DNA from: Macrostomum lignano
Taxonomy: Eukaryota
Reading direction: 5' to 3'
DNA: 20,579 nt
Assembly (NCBI GenBank): GCA_002269645.1
Contig: NIVC01004316.1
Location: forward strand, 1-20,579
The notes under the pieces were generated by a model, which did no database searches, was not told the DNA's origin, and worked only from the letters and a program-made list of their open reading frames with translations. Position 1 is the stretch's first letter. The number at the start of each line of letters is the position of its first letter. Below are positions 1 to 9,103 of the stretch, one piece after another. The position numbers were made by a program, and so were the translations under genes.

Positions 1-494
1 ACTCTCTCTCTTTCCCTCTGAACCCCTACCTCACTCCCTCTTTCGCCTCCCTCTTTTACATGCATGTAATTCTCGAGTAGAAGTTCTCTGGTGCAAATCT
101 TAGAGTTCTCTGGATTCGGCCATTGGGACTCCCGTAATCTCTCCATGCAATCTCACCCGATATCTGATTTAACCCGTACTATGGAAAATTCGCATCCGGT
201 TCTGAGTTGGACTTCGATTATTTGGCGGCCTCCTTCATCTCTCCGGAGGCTGTGCAGATTGGCTGCCTTAGTGGGCTATAAATTTTTCTGAGATTCAGGA
301 GGGTCAGAATCTCTCTCACCAGATCTTTAGAAGTGCCACTGTACTTTACTAATCAGATAAATGGCTGAAAACTTTTATGCTCTAAATTTGGAAATCCTGG
401 CAATAAATTTCATGTAAATTATTTAATCGATAAAGTCCAGTTAGACGGCCAAAAAGTTTTTTCTGCGCACACAACCCGCTCTTACCGACCCTCT

Positions 495-830
495 TCACTC
501 CCTGCCCCTCCTCACTCCCTGCCCCTCCTCACTCCCTGCCCCTCCTCACTCCCTGCCCCTCCTCACTCCCTACCCCTCCTCACTCCCTACCCCTCCTCGC
601 TTCCTGCCCCTCCTCACTCCCTACCCCTCCTCGCTCCCTACCCCTCCTCGCTCCCTACCCCTCCTCACTCCCTACCTCTCCTCACTCCGTACCCCTCCTC
701 GCTCCCTACCCCTCCTCACTCCTGCCCCTCCTCACTCCCTGTCCTTCCTCACTCCCTGTCCTTCCTCACTCCCTGTCCTTCCTCACTCCCTGTCCTTCCT
801 CACTCCCTGCCCCTCCTTGCTCCCTACCCA
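495..830. repeat. 17-bp minisatellite (CTCACTCCCTGCCCCTC)n, about 20 copies, intronic in gene A
   Basis: Unit read directly, with variants CTAC/CTGC/CTGT. The array ends about 40 nt before the CAG acceptor at 871-873. Confidence 0.95.
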
Positions 831-873
831 CACTCCCAGTACACTAATATGCCTATTCTCTTTGCTACTGCAG

Positions 874-1069
874 CAACCGGCTAAAGAAGAAGCTGCACAA
901 GCGACGCCAGATGGAGAAGGAGTTGCAGAGTCTGCGCAAGAAGAGCATCGAATGCCGGCTAAGCGAGGCGGCGGCAGCCAGCCGGTCGAGGAACTCGGCC
1001 GTCGCGGAGCCGCCGTTCTTCATTGTGGACTTTGCCTCGCTGGACAATGTGCAGGAGCTCGACGCTATG
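874..1069 (+). CDS. Gene A internal exon: basic coiled-coil segment (NRLKKKLHKRRQMEKELQSLRKKSIECRL...PFFIVDFASLDNVQELDAM); function unknown
   Basis: Acceptor ctttgctactgCAG|c (phase 2 entry), open GC3-rich frame from 875, and donor ATG|GTGAGG at 1070 (phase 0). This frame is absent from the ORF track. Upstream exons lie outside the window. Confidence 0.65.
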
Positions 1070-1143
1070 GTGAGGCTCTGGCTGTAGTCCCAGCAACAAA
1101 ATTCCATTCAAAGCCCTGACCCTTCCGCTCTCGCATGCTGCAG

Positions 1144-1277
1144 TCCAACCCGTCTGAGTCCGGCGACCTGGACCGCAGCTCCTTGACCCAGTCTGAGGAG
1201 TTCGCTCAGGGTGCCGCTGTTGCCGTGACAACCGCCCTGCTGCAGCCGCGGCGTCGATAGCGGCGGACTCGAATTCG
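1144..1277 (+). CDS. Gene A exon (SNPSESGDLDRSSLTQSEEFAQG...AAAAASIAADSNS); needs one inserted base between 1197 and 1257
   Basis: A 74-nt intron 1070-1143 ends ctgCAG in matching phase 0, and there is a strong donor TCG|GTGAGT at 1278. The entry frame hits TAG at 1258-1260. One extra base (GGG 1209-1211 or CCC 1235-1237) gives an open frame ending in phase 0, matching the next exon. Confidence 0.55.
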
Positions 1278-1286
1278 GTGAGTGCG

Positions 1287-1628
1287 AATCATGGGGCATA
1301 TCATGGGCAGATCATGGGGCAGATCATGGGGCAGATCATGGGGCAGATCATGGGCAGATCATGGGGCAGATCATGGGGCAGATCATGGGGCAGATCATGG
1401 GGCAGATCATGGGGCAGATCATGGGGCAGATCATGGGGCAGATCATGGGGCAGATCATGGGGCAGATCATGGGGCAGATCATGGGGCAGATCATGGGGCA
1501 GATCATGGGCAGATCATGGGGCAGATCATGGGGCAGATCATGGGGCAGATCATGGGGCAGATCATGGGGCAGATCATGGGGCAGATCATGGGGCAGATCA
1601 TGGGGAAGATCATGGGGCAGATCATGGG
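1287..1628 (+). repeat. 12-bp minisatellite (ATCATGGGGCAG)n, about 28 copies, three with GGG instead of GGGG
   Basis: Unit read directly. It explains the GADH/GQIM/RSWG repeat ORFs and their frame switches. Confidence 0.97.
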
Positions 1629-1998
1629 GTGAGTCATTAGAAAGAAATGTCATATGTCATAGTTAGAATCTTGCAGTCTGTGTGGCAGGCTGTTTAGTTC
1701 CAAAGTGTTCATTAAAAATTATTTTCAATGGATATTTTATGGCCGAGGCAAGTTGTAGAGTCATAAAATGCATAATTCCTAGTATCATTTTGCCGATTGT
1801 ACTGGTCTTGTCAGACTCCTGCTTTACTTCAGTTAATTGGGTTTTGCGTGCAAGAAGGGGAAATGTAGCCAGCTTGCGTCTGCAGTTGGCTCGCCTTTCA
1901 GACCGTTTTGACATTTCTAGGAATTTCGTCTTGTCTGCGTATTTGTACAATTAATTCAGCAATGCACTTGTTCAGCTTTTCTCAAATTTACTGCACAC

Positions 1999-2520
1999 TA
2001 CCTCTCTCCCTCTTGTCTCCGTCTCCCTCTCTACTTCTCCCTCTCCTCCTTCTCCCGGTCTCCCTCTCCCCTCTCCTCCTTTCCCTGTCTCCTTCTCCCT
2101 GTGTCGCTCTCTCCCTCTCCCCCTCTCCTGTCTCCTCTCCTCTCTTCCTTCTCCCTCTCCCTTCTCCCTGTCTCCTCTCTCTCCCTCTCCCCTTTCCCTG
2201 TCTCGCTCTCTCCCTCTCCCCCTCTCCCTGTTTCCCTCTCTCTCCTTCTCCCTCTCCCCTTCTCCCTGTCTCCCTCTCTCCCTCTCCCCCTTTCCTTGTC
2301 TCGCTCTCTCCTCTCCCCCTCTCCCTGTCTCCGTCTCCCTCTCTACTTCTCCCTCTCTCCTTCTCCCGGTCTCCCTCTCCCTCTCCTCCTTTCCCTGTCT
2401 CCTTCTCCCTGTCTCCTCTCTCCCTCTCCCCTCTCCCTGTCCCTTCTCCCTGTCTCCCTCCCTCCCTCTCCCCTCTCCCTGTCTCCTTCTCCCTGTCTCC
2501 CAGTCTCCCTCTCTCCATCC
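1999..2520. repeat. Degenerate CT-rich polypyrimidine array (ctctccctctcccctctccctgt-like) forming the 3' part of a gene A intron
   Basis: Almost entirely C/T with recurring ccctgtct motifs; it runs directly into the acceptor ccatccCAG at 2521-2523. Confidence 0.9.
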
Positions 2521-2523
2521 CAG

Positions 2524-3348
2524 TCACCCGAGCAAAGCTTCGTCATCCCGCCTACTCCGCACAGCGCGCCACCCTGGCCAGTCCGGAGTGCAGCAGCAGC
2601 TGCTCCGCCACCAGCGACTCCACGAGCACCAGCAGCCGCCGCCTCCACCGGCTGCGGAGCCACCGATCCGCCGCCGCCACCGCCGCTGTACATCGGCGAT
2701 CCGCCAGCCGCCGTCTCTGTGGCAGCCCGTCGCCGACCGTCGACCACTTCGTCGTCTGGCCATCATACCCGGCCGCCGCTGAGGAAGTCGTTCTCTTATC
2801 AAGCCGGCGTGCCGTCAGGTTACTCGCTTCGCCTGCAGCAGCAGCAGCAGCAGCAGCAGTCCTGCCTGCCATCCAGCCGCCTCAGTCAGCAGCTGCAGCG
2901 GAACCAGCTGCTGCTGCACATTCAACAGCAGCAGCAGCAACAACAGCAGCAGCACAGACGTCTGCTAGCTGAAGCTGCCGACTTGAGCGGCATTTTCAGG
3001 CAGGCGGGAGCAGAACCGGCAGCTTCATCAGCTCAGGCGGGCCAGCAGCGCCAATTCTGGCCGGGCCGCAGCGGCTGTGGCTGCGGCTGCGGCGGCCGCG
3101 GCGGCTCCGGGAGGCCGCAAGCGATCGATTGGCGGCCCAGCGGCCTGTGGCCAGCGGGACGTCCGCCCACGATTGGCGCCGTAGGTGGAGCGGCGCCGGC
3201 GCCGGGCGCTACATGCGATCGAACTCGTTGGCGCCAGTCAGCTCGGGCACCATGTCGGCTTGGTAAACAGCGACCGATATGTATCGAAATGACTGGTAAA
3301 TTATTGTGTGTGACGTCACCTACCGATATGTATCGAAAAAGCATGTAG
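2524..3348 (+). CDS. Gene A terminal exon: low-complexity Pro/Ala/Ser and polyQ region (SPEQSFVIPPTPHS...RPPLRKSFSY...Q8...Q10...); the frame of the last ~90 codons is uncertain
   Basis: Polypyrimidine acceptor, phase 0, and the same frame as ORF 2101..3348, with CAG runs reading as Gln. After about 3060 alternative frames look equally protein-like, so further indels are possible. Confidence 0.6.
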   Translation, partial: SPEQSFVIPPTPHSAPPWPVRSAAAAAPPPATPRAPAAAASTGCGATDPPPPPPLYIGDPPAAVSVAARRRPSTTSSSGHHTRPPLRKSFSYQAGVPSGYSLRLQQQQQQQQSCLPSSRLSQQLQRNQLLLHIQQQQQQQQQQHRRLLAEAADLSGIFRQAGAEPAASSAQAGQQRQFWPGRSGCGCGCGGRGGSGRPQAIDWRPSGLWPAGRPPTIGAVGGAAPAPGATCDRTRWRQSARAPCRLGKQRPICIEMTGKLLCVTSPTDMYRKSM

Positions 3349-3435
3349 AGCACTGTGTTTGAAAACATGCCAATAGGTATCGAAATTAGCACTTAAAGAA
3401 CCATATGTGACGCCACCCACCGATATGTATCGAAA
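3273..3435. repeat. Four copies of the 17-bp motif ACCGATATGTATCGAAA at 47-50 bp spacing
   Basis: Copies at 3273, 3322, 3369 (3 mismatches) and 3419; the core CGATA-TG-TATCG is an inverted repeat. Confidence 0.85.
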
Positions 3436-3872
3436 TCCAGTTTGCTGGCACTTGTTGACTAATAAATATTGAGGGATTTTCAATAAAAATAGCGCAGAGC
3501 ACTACTTACAGTAGGCTAGAATGATCCGCTGACTTACTAATATCATATTTTATAATAATTTTCACTGATGCCCCATGCAATATTATGATCAAAAACACAC
3601 TGTATCAACTTTTATATTTTATTACAAAAATGCTAATATTTTTTCGATTGCCGTAAATTTCAGTAACGATGTGTTTCTCTTATTGAATTCCATTGCTAAA
3701 TAAATTTTAACCGACTCAGTGGCACTCTGTAATTGCCAAAACTTCGTTGGTTGAGATTAACGCTAATAAATATAAATAATGTTTCAAGTTATTCATTTCT
3801 AAAAATGCAGCAATTGGCGCCCACAGTTTTCTAAGAAAGTTGGAGCAATCGTGCACCATTTCCCACGAATTC

Positions 3873-4146
3873 TGGGATAAACGCGCGCAGTTTCTAAGAA
3901 ACTAGAATAAACGCGCGCAGTTTTCTAAGAATGCTAGAATAAACGCGCGCAGTTTTCTAAGAATGCTAGAATAAGCGTGCAGTTTCCAAGAATGCTAGAA
4001 TAAACACGCGCAGCTTTATAAGAATACTAGAATAAACACGCGCAGTTTTCTAAGAACGCTAGAATAAGCGTGCAGTTTTCTAAGAATGCTGGAATAAACG
4101 CGCAGTTTTCTAAGAATGCTAGAATAATGAGCGCAGTTTTCTAAGA
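3873..4146. repeat. 30-33-bp minisatellite (GCAGTTTTCTAAGAATGCTAGAATAAACGCGC)n, about 9 copies
   Basis: Unit read directly; it lies between the convergent 3' ends of genes A and B. Confidence 0.92.
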
Positions 4147-4298
4147 CATCTATCTAGCTGCGTACTTAGGCTGAACAGATTTCAAAACCCTTTGTTTTGA
4201 ATGAAAAAATCATTCGAAAAATCCGTGTTGAAACAATTCGATAGCATCTGTGTTAGTCCCCCTCATTTAAAAGTCCCAGGCACTACATATAAACTTAA

Positions 4299-4756
4299 TT
4301 AAGTCTCTGGAATGAAGCCCGGACTATGGGAATGAAGACTCTTGGCATGCAGTTGATTACCTTCGACCCGAAGCATTTCTGCTCCAGATTCTGAGTAGGA
4401 TTTGTGATTATTATTTAGACTGGCTTCTACCGCGACTAATTGATCTGCAACCCGCAGGAGCTCATCAAGGTGCTTATCGAAACGAGAGTATCGCTCAGAC
4501 TTTTGTGTTACTAGCTAGCTTGTATCCAGGCAAATCAAGGCCGAGAAGCTGTTTGCGACCTAAAGGGGCTGCTTAGTGATTACCGGCCAAGGCCAAACCT
4601 GTTCCAGAAATTTGTGAGCCCTGAGCTGCTGCGCGTCACATCAAAGCTGCGACTGAACGTGAAATGAACACGCAATCACATGCTGCCCCCCTCTCCCTGT
4701 GCTGCGGGGCTGTCTAGGCCTCGGCTGCCATCGCTACGGCAGCCCGCTTCCATCTG
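4299..4756 (-). CDS. Putative 3' coding region of gene B (fragmented; includes the open stretch 4514-4299 ...SERYSRFDKHLDELLRVADQLVAVEASL...FIPET*)
   Basis: Acceptor gcacttttCAG at 4758-4757 follows the GACA array. Phase-1 entry stops at 4736-4734 (PDGSGLP*), but a 72-codon protein-like open stretch follows. The connection between the two is unresolved. Confidence 0.25.
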
Positions 4757-4785
4757 CTGAAAAGTGCACCTGACTTTACATCTGG

Positions 4786-5138
<353 letters not shown>

Positions 5139-5450
5139 AGAGGAGAGCTGAGAGGTTAGAGAGGGGAGAGAGGATAGAGAAGAGAGAATAGGTGAGAGAG
5201 GAGAGAAAGGAGATAAGAGAGGGGAGATAAAAGAGGAAAGTTGAGAGAGAAGAGAGGAGTTGAGAGGTGAGAGAGGAGGGAGAAGAGAGAAGAGATAGAG
5301 AGGATAAAGGAGAGAGGAGAAAGGAAATATAAGAGGAGAGAAGAGAGGAAAGGTGAGAGAAGACAGAAGAGGAGAGATGAGAGAGCAGAGGGGAGAGAGC
5401 AGAGAGGAGAGAGGAGAGGTGAGAGGTGAGAGAAGATGAGATCAAGCGAG
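5139..5450. repeat. Degenerate GA-rich polypurine tract
   Basis: Almost entirely G/A and directly abutting the CTGT array. Confidence 0.9.
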
Positions 5451-5503
5451 AAGATTTAAACAGTGAGATATGAGTGTCAGGTAAAAATGATGCAGACGCT
5501 TAC

Positions 5504-5583
5504 GGTCCCTAGTTGTCATCGGCAGTCCAAATGTGACTGGCCAGACCCGCCCTAGTTTCTAATTAAGGTTTTTTCTGTACCGC
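5504..5583 (-). CDS. Putative gene B exon 3 (GGTEKTLIR[K]LGRVWPVTFGLPMTTRD); needs +1 A at 5558-5556
   Basis: Acceptor gaatttttcttcCAG (5585-5584) and donor ACC|GTAAGC (5503). Phase-1 entry matches the previous exon, but the frame is open only after one inserted A. Confidence 0.35.
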
Positions 5584-5829
5584 CTGGAAGAAAAATTCAC
5601 TTCTACTTCAGCAATCGCAAATGCGAAAAGTTGGGCCCCCATTGCCGTCAACTACCCAGCGCAGGCATTAAGATATCAGAAATTTCTATTGCTTCTAAGC
5701 TGTTCCAGTGTGCAATACACGGTAGAGTGCGCTTATATAGAACTTATGCGGTATGATTTTTGTTCAGAAAGTGCACTGTATGCTTGTCGCATCTCCGGTG
5801 AAAAAATCATGCAGAAATTGCATCCTTAC

Positions 5830-5893
5830 CCTGTTCAGAAATGTCACGGTTGTACCTCTGTGCTTCCTCGGTGCTTCGGTTGGCTGGCAACAG
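5830..5893 (-). CDS. Putative gene B exon 2 (LLPANRSTEEAQRYNRDISEQ)
   Basis: Acceptor aagcttcCAG (5895-5894), 64-nt open exon, and donor CAGG|GTAAGG (5829). Phase-0 entry matches the donor at 6650. Confidence 0.5.
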
Positions 5894-6101
5894 CTGGAAG
5901 CTTAACTGAAGGACTTGCGACAAAAGACAGGTCTATTCGAGAGGGGAAATCAGTTCGACCACAGCTAGAAGGTTTTGCGATTTTTGGAATTGAGGATTTT
6001 GAATTTTTAGTCACCAAGTCACTGTTGGGGATTATCAGTGAACAGTGCAGGTTCATATCGTGCAGTGCAACTTAGAACTTGTGACTGGCTTAGTGTCTGG
6101 A

Positions 6102-6255
6102 TGTCCCAGTGTCTTGGTGTCCCAGTGTCTTGGTGTCCCAGTGTCTTGGTGTCCCAGTGTCTTGGTGTCCCAGTGTCTTGGTGTCCCAGTGTCTTGGTGT
6201 CCCAGTGTCTTGGTGTCCCAGTGTCTTGGTGTCCCAGTGTCTTGGTGTCCCAGTG
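6102..6255. repeat. 16-bp minisatellite (CCCAGTGTCTTGGTGT)n, about 9.5 copies, built from two related 8-mers
   Basis: Read directly; it grades straight into the CTGT array. Confidence 0.96.
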
Positions 6256-6273
6256 TCTGTCTGTGTGTCTGCC

Positions 6274-6344
<71 letters not shown>

Positions 6345-6345
6345 G

Positions 6346-6408
<63 letters not shown>

Positions 6409-6409
6409 G

Positions 6410-6484
<75 letters not shown>

Positions 6485-6503
6485 GTGTCTGTCTGTCTGT
6501 CTA

Positions 6504-6536
<33 letters not shown>

Positions 6537-6570
6537 GTGTCTGTCTGTCTGTCTATCTGTCTGTCTGTCG

Positions 6571-6637
<67 letters not shown>
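6256..6637. repeat. (CTGT)n microsatellite, about 380 bp
   Basis: Read directly. Confidence 0.98.
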
Positions 6638-6650
6638 CCACAGGTCTCAC

Positions 6651-7033
6651 AGTGAGCCTCATCCCTGGAACACGCAGCCGAGGCAGCCGGTCTGCGGCCG
6701 ACCCGCGGCGGCAAAGCTGAGCCCGAATGGCCAGAAGTAGCGAGTTTTCTGTCAGCAAAATTGGGCCAAAGCGAAACAACTTTGCAGTTCTGCGAGTGCA
6801 AGCAGCAGGGCAGCCTCATCCTGTTCGCTACTGTCTGTCGGTGGGAACTCGTTTCCCCGCAGTGCAATTTCCCTCACGTGGATGTCGAAGTACCCATCGC
6901 CTTTTTTATCTTCTGCTCGCGATTCTCCCTGCCTTCTTCTGCTCCTCACGCGTCCTCTCTGCCATATCTGCCTGCCCCCTCTCTCTTCTTTATTAGATCC
7001 TCTGGCACGCTTTCTGTCCTGTCTATTTTTCAT
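6651..7033 (-). CDS. Putative gene B exon 1 (M...KGDGYFDIHVREIALRGNEFPP...AALLLALAELQ[K]LFRFGPILLTENSLLLAIRAQL...GMRLT); unknown protein, start codon uncertain
   Basis: ORFs 6752..7039 and 6501..6779 join into one frame with one extra A at 6783-6781. The exon ends at donor ACT|GTGAGA (6650, phase 0) just before the GACA array. Confidence 0.42.
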
Positions 7034-7187
7034 GTCCAAACCTTTCTATCGCCTGATAAAGTTGGATAAAGCTGCCCAGAAATTCCCCAGACAGTTTCCT
7101 TGCCGCTGGCGGGCCGAGCTCGAGCGGGTTAATTTCCCCTCTTTTTCACGAAAGCAGCCGACGGAAATGACAGGTGCGCGAGGCATC

Positions 7188-7197
7188 GGCCAATCAG
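7188..7197 (+). promoter_or_regulatory. CCAAT box (GGCCAATCAG, NF-Y consensus) in the interval between divergent genes B and C
   Basis: Full match to the extended NF-Y motif about 120 bp upstream of the gene C ATG, with an ETS-like CGGAAAT at 7162-7168. Function is not shown by the sequence. Confidence 0.45.
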
Positions 7198-7314
7198 CAC
7201 GGAATTCGAGGATGCGGCGGATCTGCAGACGGGCCTGCGTGCCGAGAGTTAAAGCACGCCGGAGCTCTGCAGCCCTCCTTCCTGCCTTGGAATCCGAGCT
7301 CTGGGGCTCACGCG

Positions 7315-8142
7315 ATGTCAACATCAGCTGACAGTTTTCCAACCCAGCTGCAGCGGCAGCCGCCTGCGCACCGCCAGGCGTCCTATGAGGCCGCCGAGAT
7401 GGTCGAAGACGACGCCACGCTGGTGTCGCGGCCGGGACGACACAGAAACGGCGGCTCCGTCGGCGGCGGCGGCGGCGGCAGCAGCGGCGGGGTCAGCGGA
7501 GGTGTCTACAGTGTCGCCGGGGTGGCCCTGTGCGCCTTCGTGCTGGGCTGCCTCATCAGCTTTGCCGTCACCCTGCTCGCCACCCGCGTCCACCCCGGCT
7601 CGCCAGCCAGCGATGCCGGCCGAAGCTTCTGGCCGGACGGCGGACAGCTGGCGGCCAACCGGGCTCGGCTGCGGCGGCTGGCCAACTCGCCGAAGGAGCT
7701 GGAGGGTCACGTGACCATCTTGGCCAGCCGGCAGTCGCGAGCAGGCAGTCCCGACGCCGGGTTCCACGCGGACTATGTAGCGGGCCAGTGGCGCGGCCAG
7801 GGCCTGCCGGTGCTGAACCGGACCTACTCAGTGGCGCTGAGCTTCCTGAGCACCGGCGAGGTGCCGCAGAATCAGGTCGGCGTTTTCCTCTGCCGCCAGG
7901 CGGCGCAGAACTCGTCTTCGGCCGAGCTGTGCGACGAGAAGCTCCGGCTGGACCCGCCGCTGACGCCCGAGGACGGGGTGGTCGGCGCCCTGCCCTCCAT
8001 AGTGCCGTACACGGAGGCTCTGAACGGCAGCTACAGGTTGGCTACCGAGGACCAGCTCGCCCAGCTGGTGGCGTGGACTTCCGACGACAACCTGCGCCAG
8101 CAGCTGGCGGACATTGTGGTGCTGGTGGACGTCGGGCTGGAG
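7315..8142 (+). CDS. Gene C exon 1: GCPII/NAALADase-like M28B peptidase; cytoplasmic tail, type II signal-anchor (VYSVAGVALCAFVLGCLISFAVTLLAT, 7504-7584) and start of the ectodomain/PA domain
   Basis: First in-frame ATG at 7315 (alternative 7399; the track's 7174 start is GTG). RLATEDQLAQL..DIVVLVDVG aligns to GCPII NYARTEDFFKL..KIVIARYG. Donor GAG|GTTAGG at 8143, phase 0. Confidence 0.88.
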
Positions 8143-8189
8143 GTTAGGCCGTTTCAATCCTTAATCACTTTTCGTATTATTTACTCAAC

Positions 8190-8834
8190 GGTAATCCCCA
8201 ATAATCCCACTATAATCCCCAATGATCCCACTGCAATCCCAACAATCCCATTGTAATCCCCAATAATCCCACTGCAATCCCCAATAATCCCACTGTAATC
8301 CCCGATAATCCCCACTGTAATCCCCGATAATCCCCACTGCAATCCGCAATGATCCTACTGTAATCCTAATAATCCCACTGTAATCCCCAATAATCCCACT
8401 GTAATCCCCAATAATCTCACTGTAATCCCCAATAATCCCACTGCAATCCGCAACGATCCTACGGCAATCCCCAATAATCCCACTGTAATCCCCAATAATC
8501 CCACTGTAATCCCCAATAACCCCACTGTAATCCCCAATAATCCCACTTTAATCCCAATAACCCCACTGTTATCCCCAATAATCCCACTGTAATCCCCAAT
8601 AATCCCACTTTAATCCCCAATAACCCCACTGTAATCCCCAATAATCCCACTTTAATCCCCAATAACCCCACTGTAATCCCCAATAATCCCACTTTAATCC
8701 CCAATAACCCCACTGTAATCCCCAATAATCCCACTTTAATCCCAATAATCCCACTATAATCCTAATAATCGCACTGTAATCCCAATAATCCCACTGTAAT
8801 CCCAAGAATCCCACTTTAATCCCAATAATCCCAC
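8190..8834. repeat. 21-bp minisatellite (AATCCCACTGTAATCCCCAAT)n, about 30 copies, filling gene C intron 1
   Basis: Unit read directly; it explains the GLLGITV ORFs. Confidence 0.96.
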
Positions 8835-8851
8835 CGCTTGCCAACCTCAAG

Positions 8852-9061
8852 GCTGGCGCCAGCTCACCGAGCTCGGCAGCTGTCAACTCAAGCGTGCTCG
8901 GCATGACGGCCGGCCTGCTGAAGAAGTTGGCTCCAGAGCCGCGGCCGGGCGTGGCCATCTACCCGGACGGCCCAGGGGTGCCCGACACCCTGATCTGGAT
9001 GAAGTCTACCTTGGCCACGGCCATCAAGGGCGATCCGACTACTCCCATGTATCCGTCAAAG
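8852..9061 (+). CDS. Gene C exon 2: PA/apical domain (...PGVAIYPDGPGVPD...GDPTTPMYPSK)
   Basis: Acceptor cctcAAG|GCT in phase 0. PGVAIYPDG and GDPTTPMYP match GCPII PGVKSYPDG and GDPLTPGYP. Donor AAG|GTTGGC at 9062, phase 0. Confidence 0.9.
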
Positions 9062-9103
9062 GTTGGCCGTGCTGCTCTGCATGTCAGAACTTCTGAATCA
9101 TCG

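Noticed and set aside
91-291. ORF 91..291 as a gene
   Set aside because: GTG start, short, no recognisable motif, and located within the inferred upstream intron of gene A.
874-960. Similarity of RLKKKLHKRRQMEKEL to the Dachshund DD2 coiled coil
   Set aside because: Only a short, basic, low-information match; no diagnostic flanking motif is present in the window.
3273-3435. CRISPR array
   Set aside because: Eukaryotic spliced context, no cas genes, a repeat of only 17 bp, and spacers 1 and 3 are related to each other.
5689-6075. ORF 5689..6075 and a plus-strand exon at 6644 (cccaCAG|G)
   Set aside because: TTG start and no family signal. All frames after 6644 stop within about 100 nt, whereas the minus strand gives phase-consistent exons.
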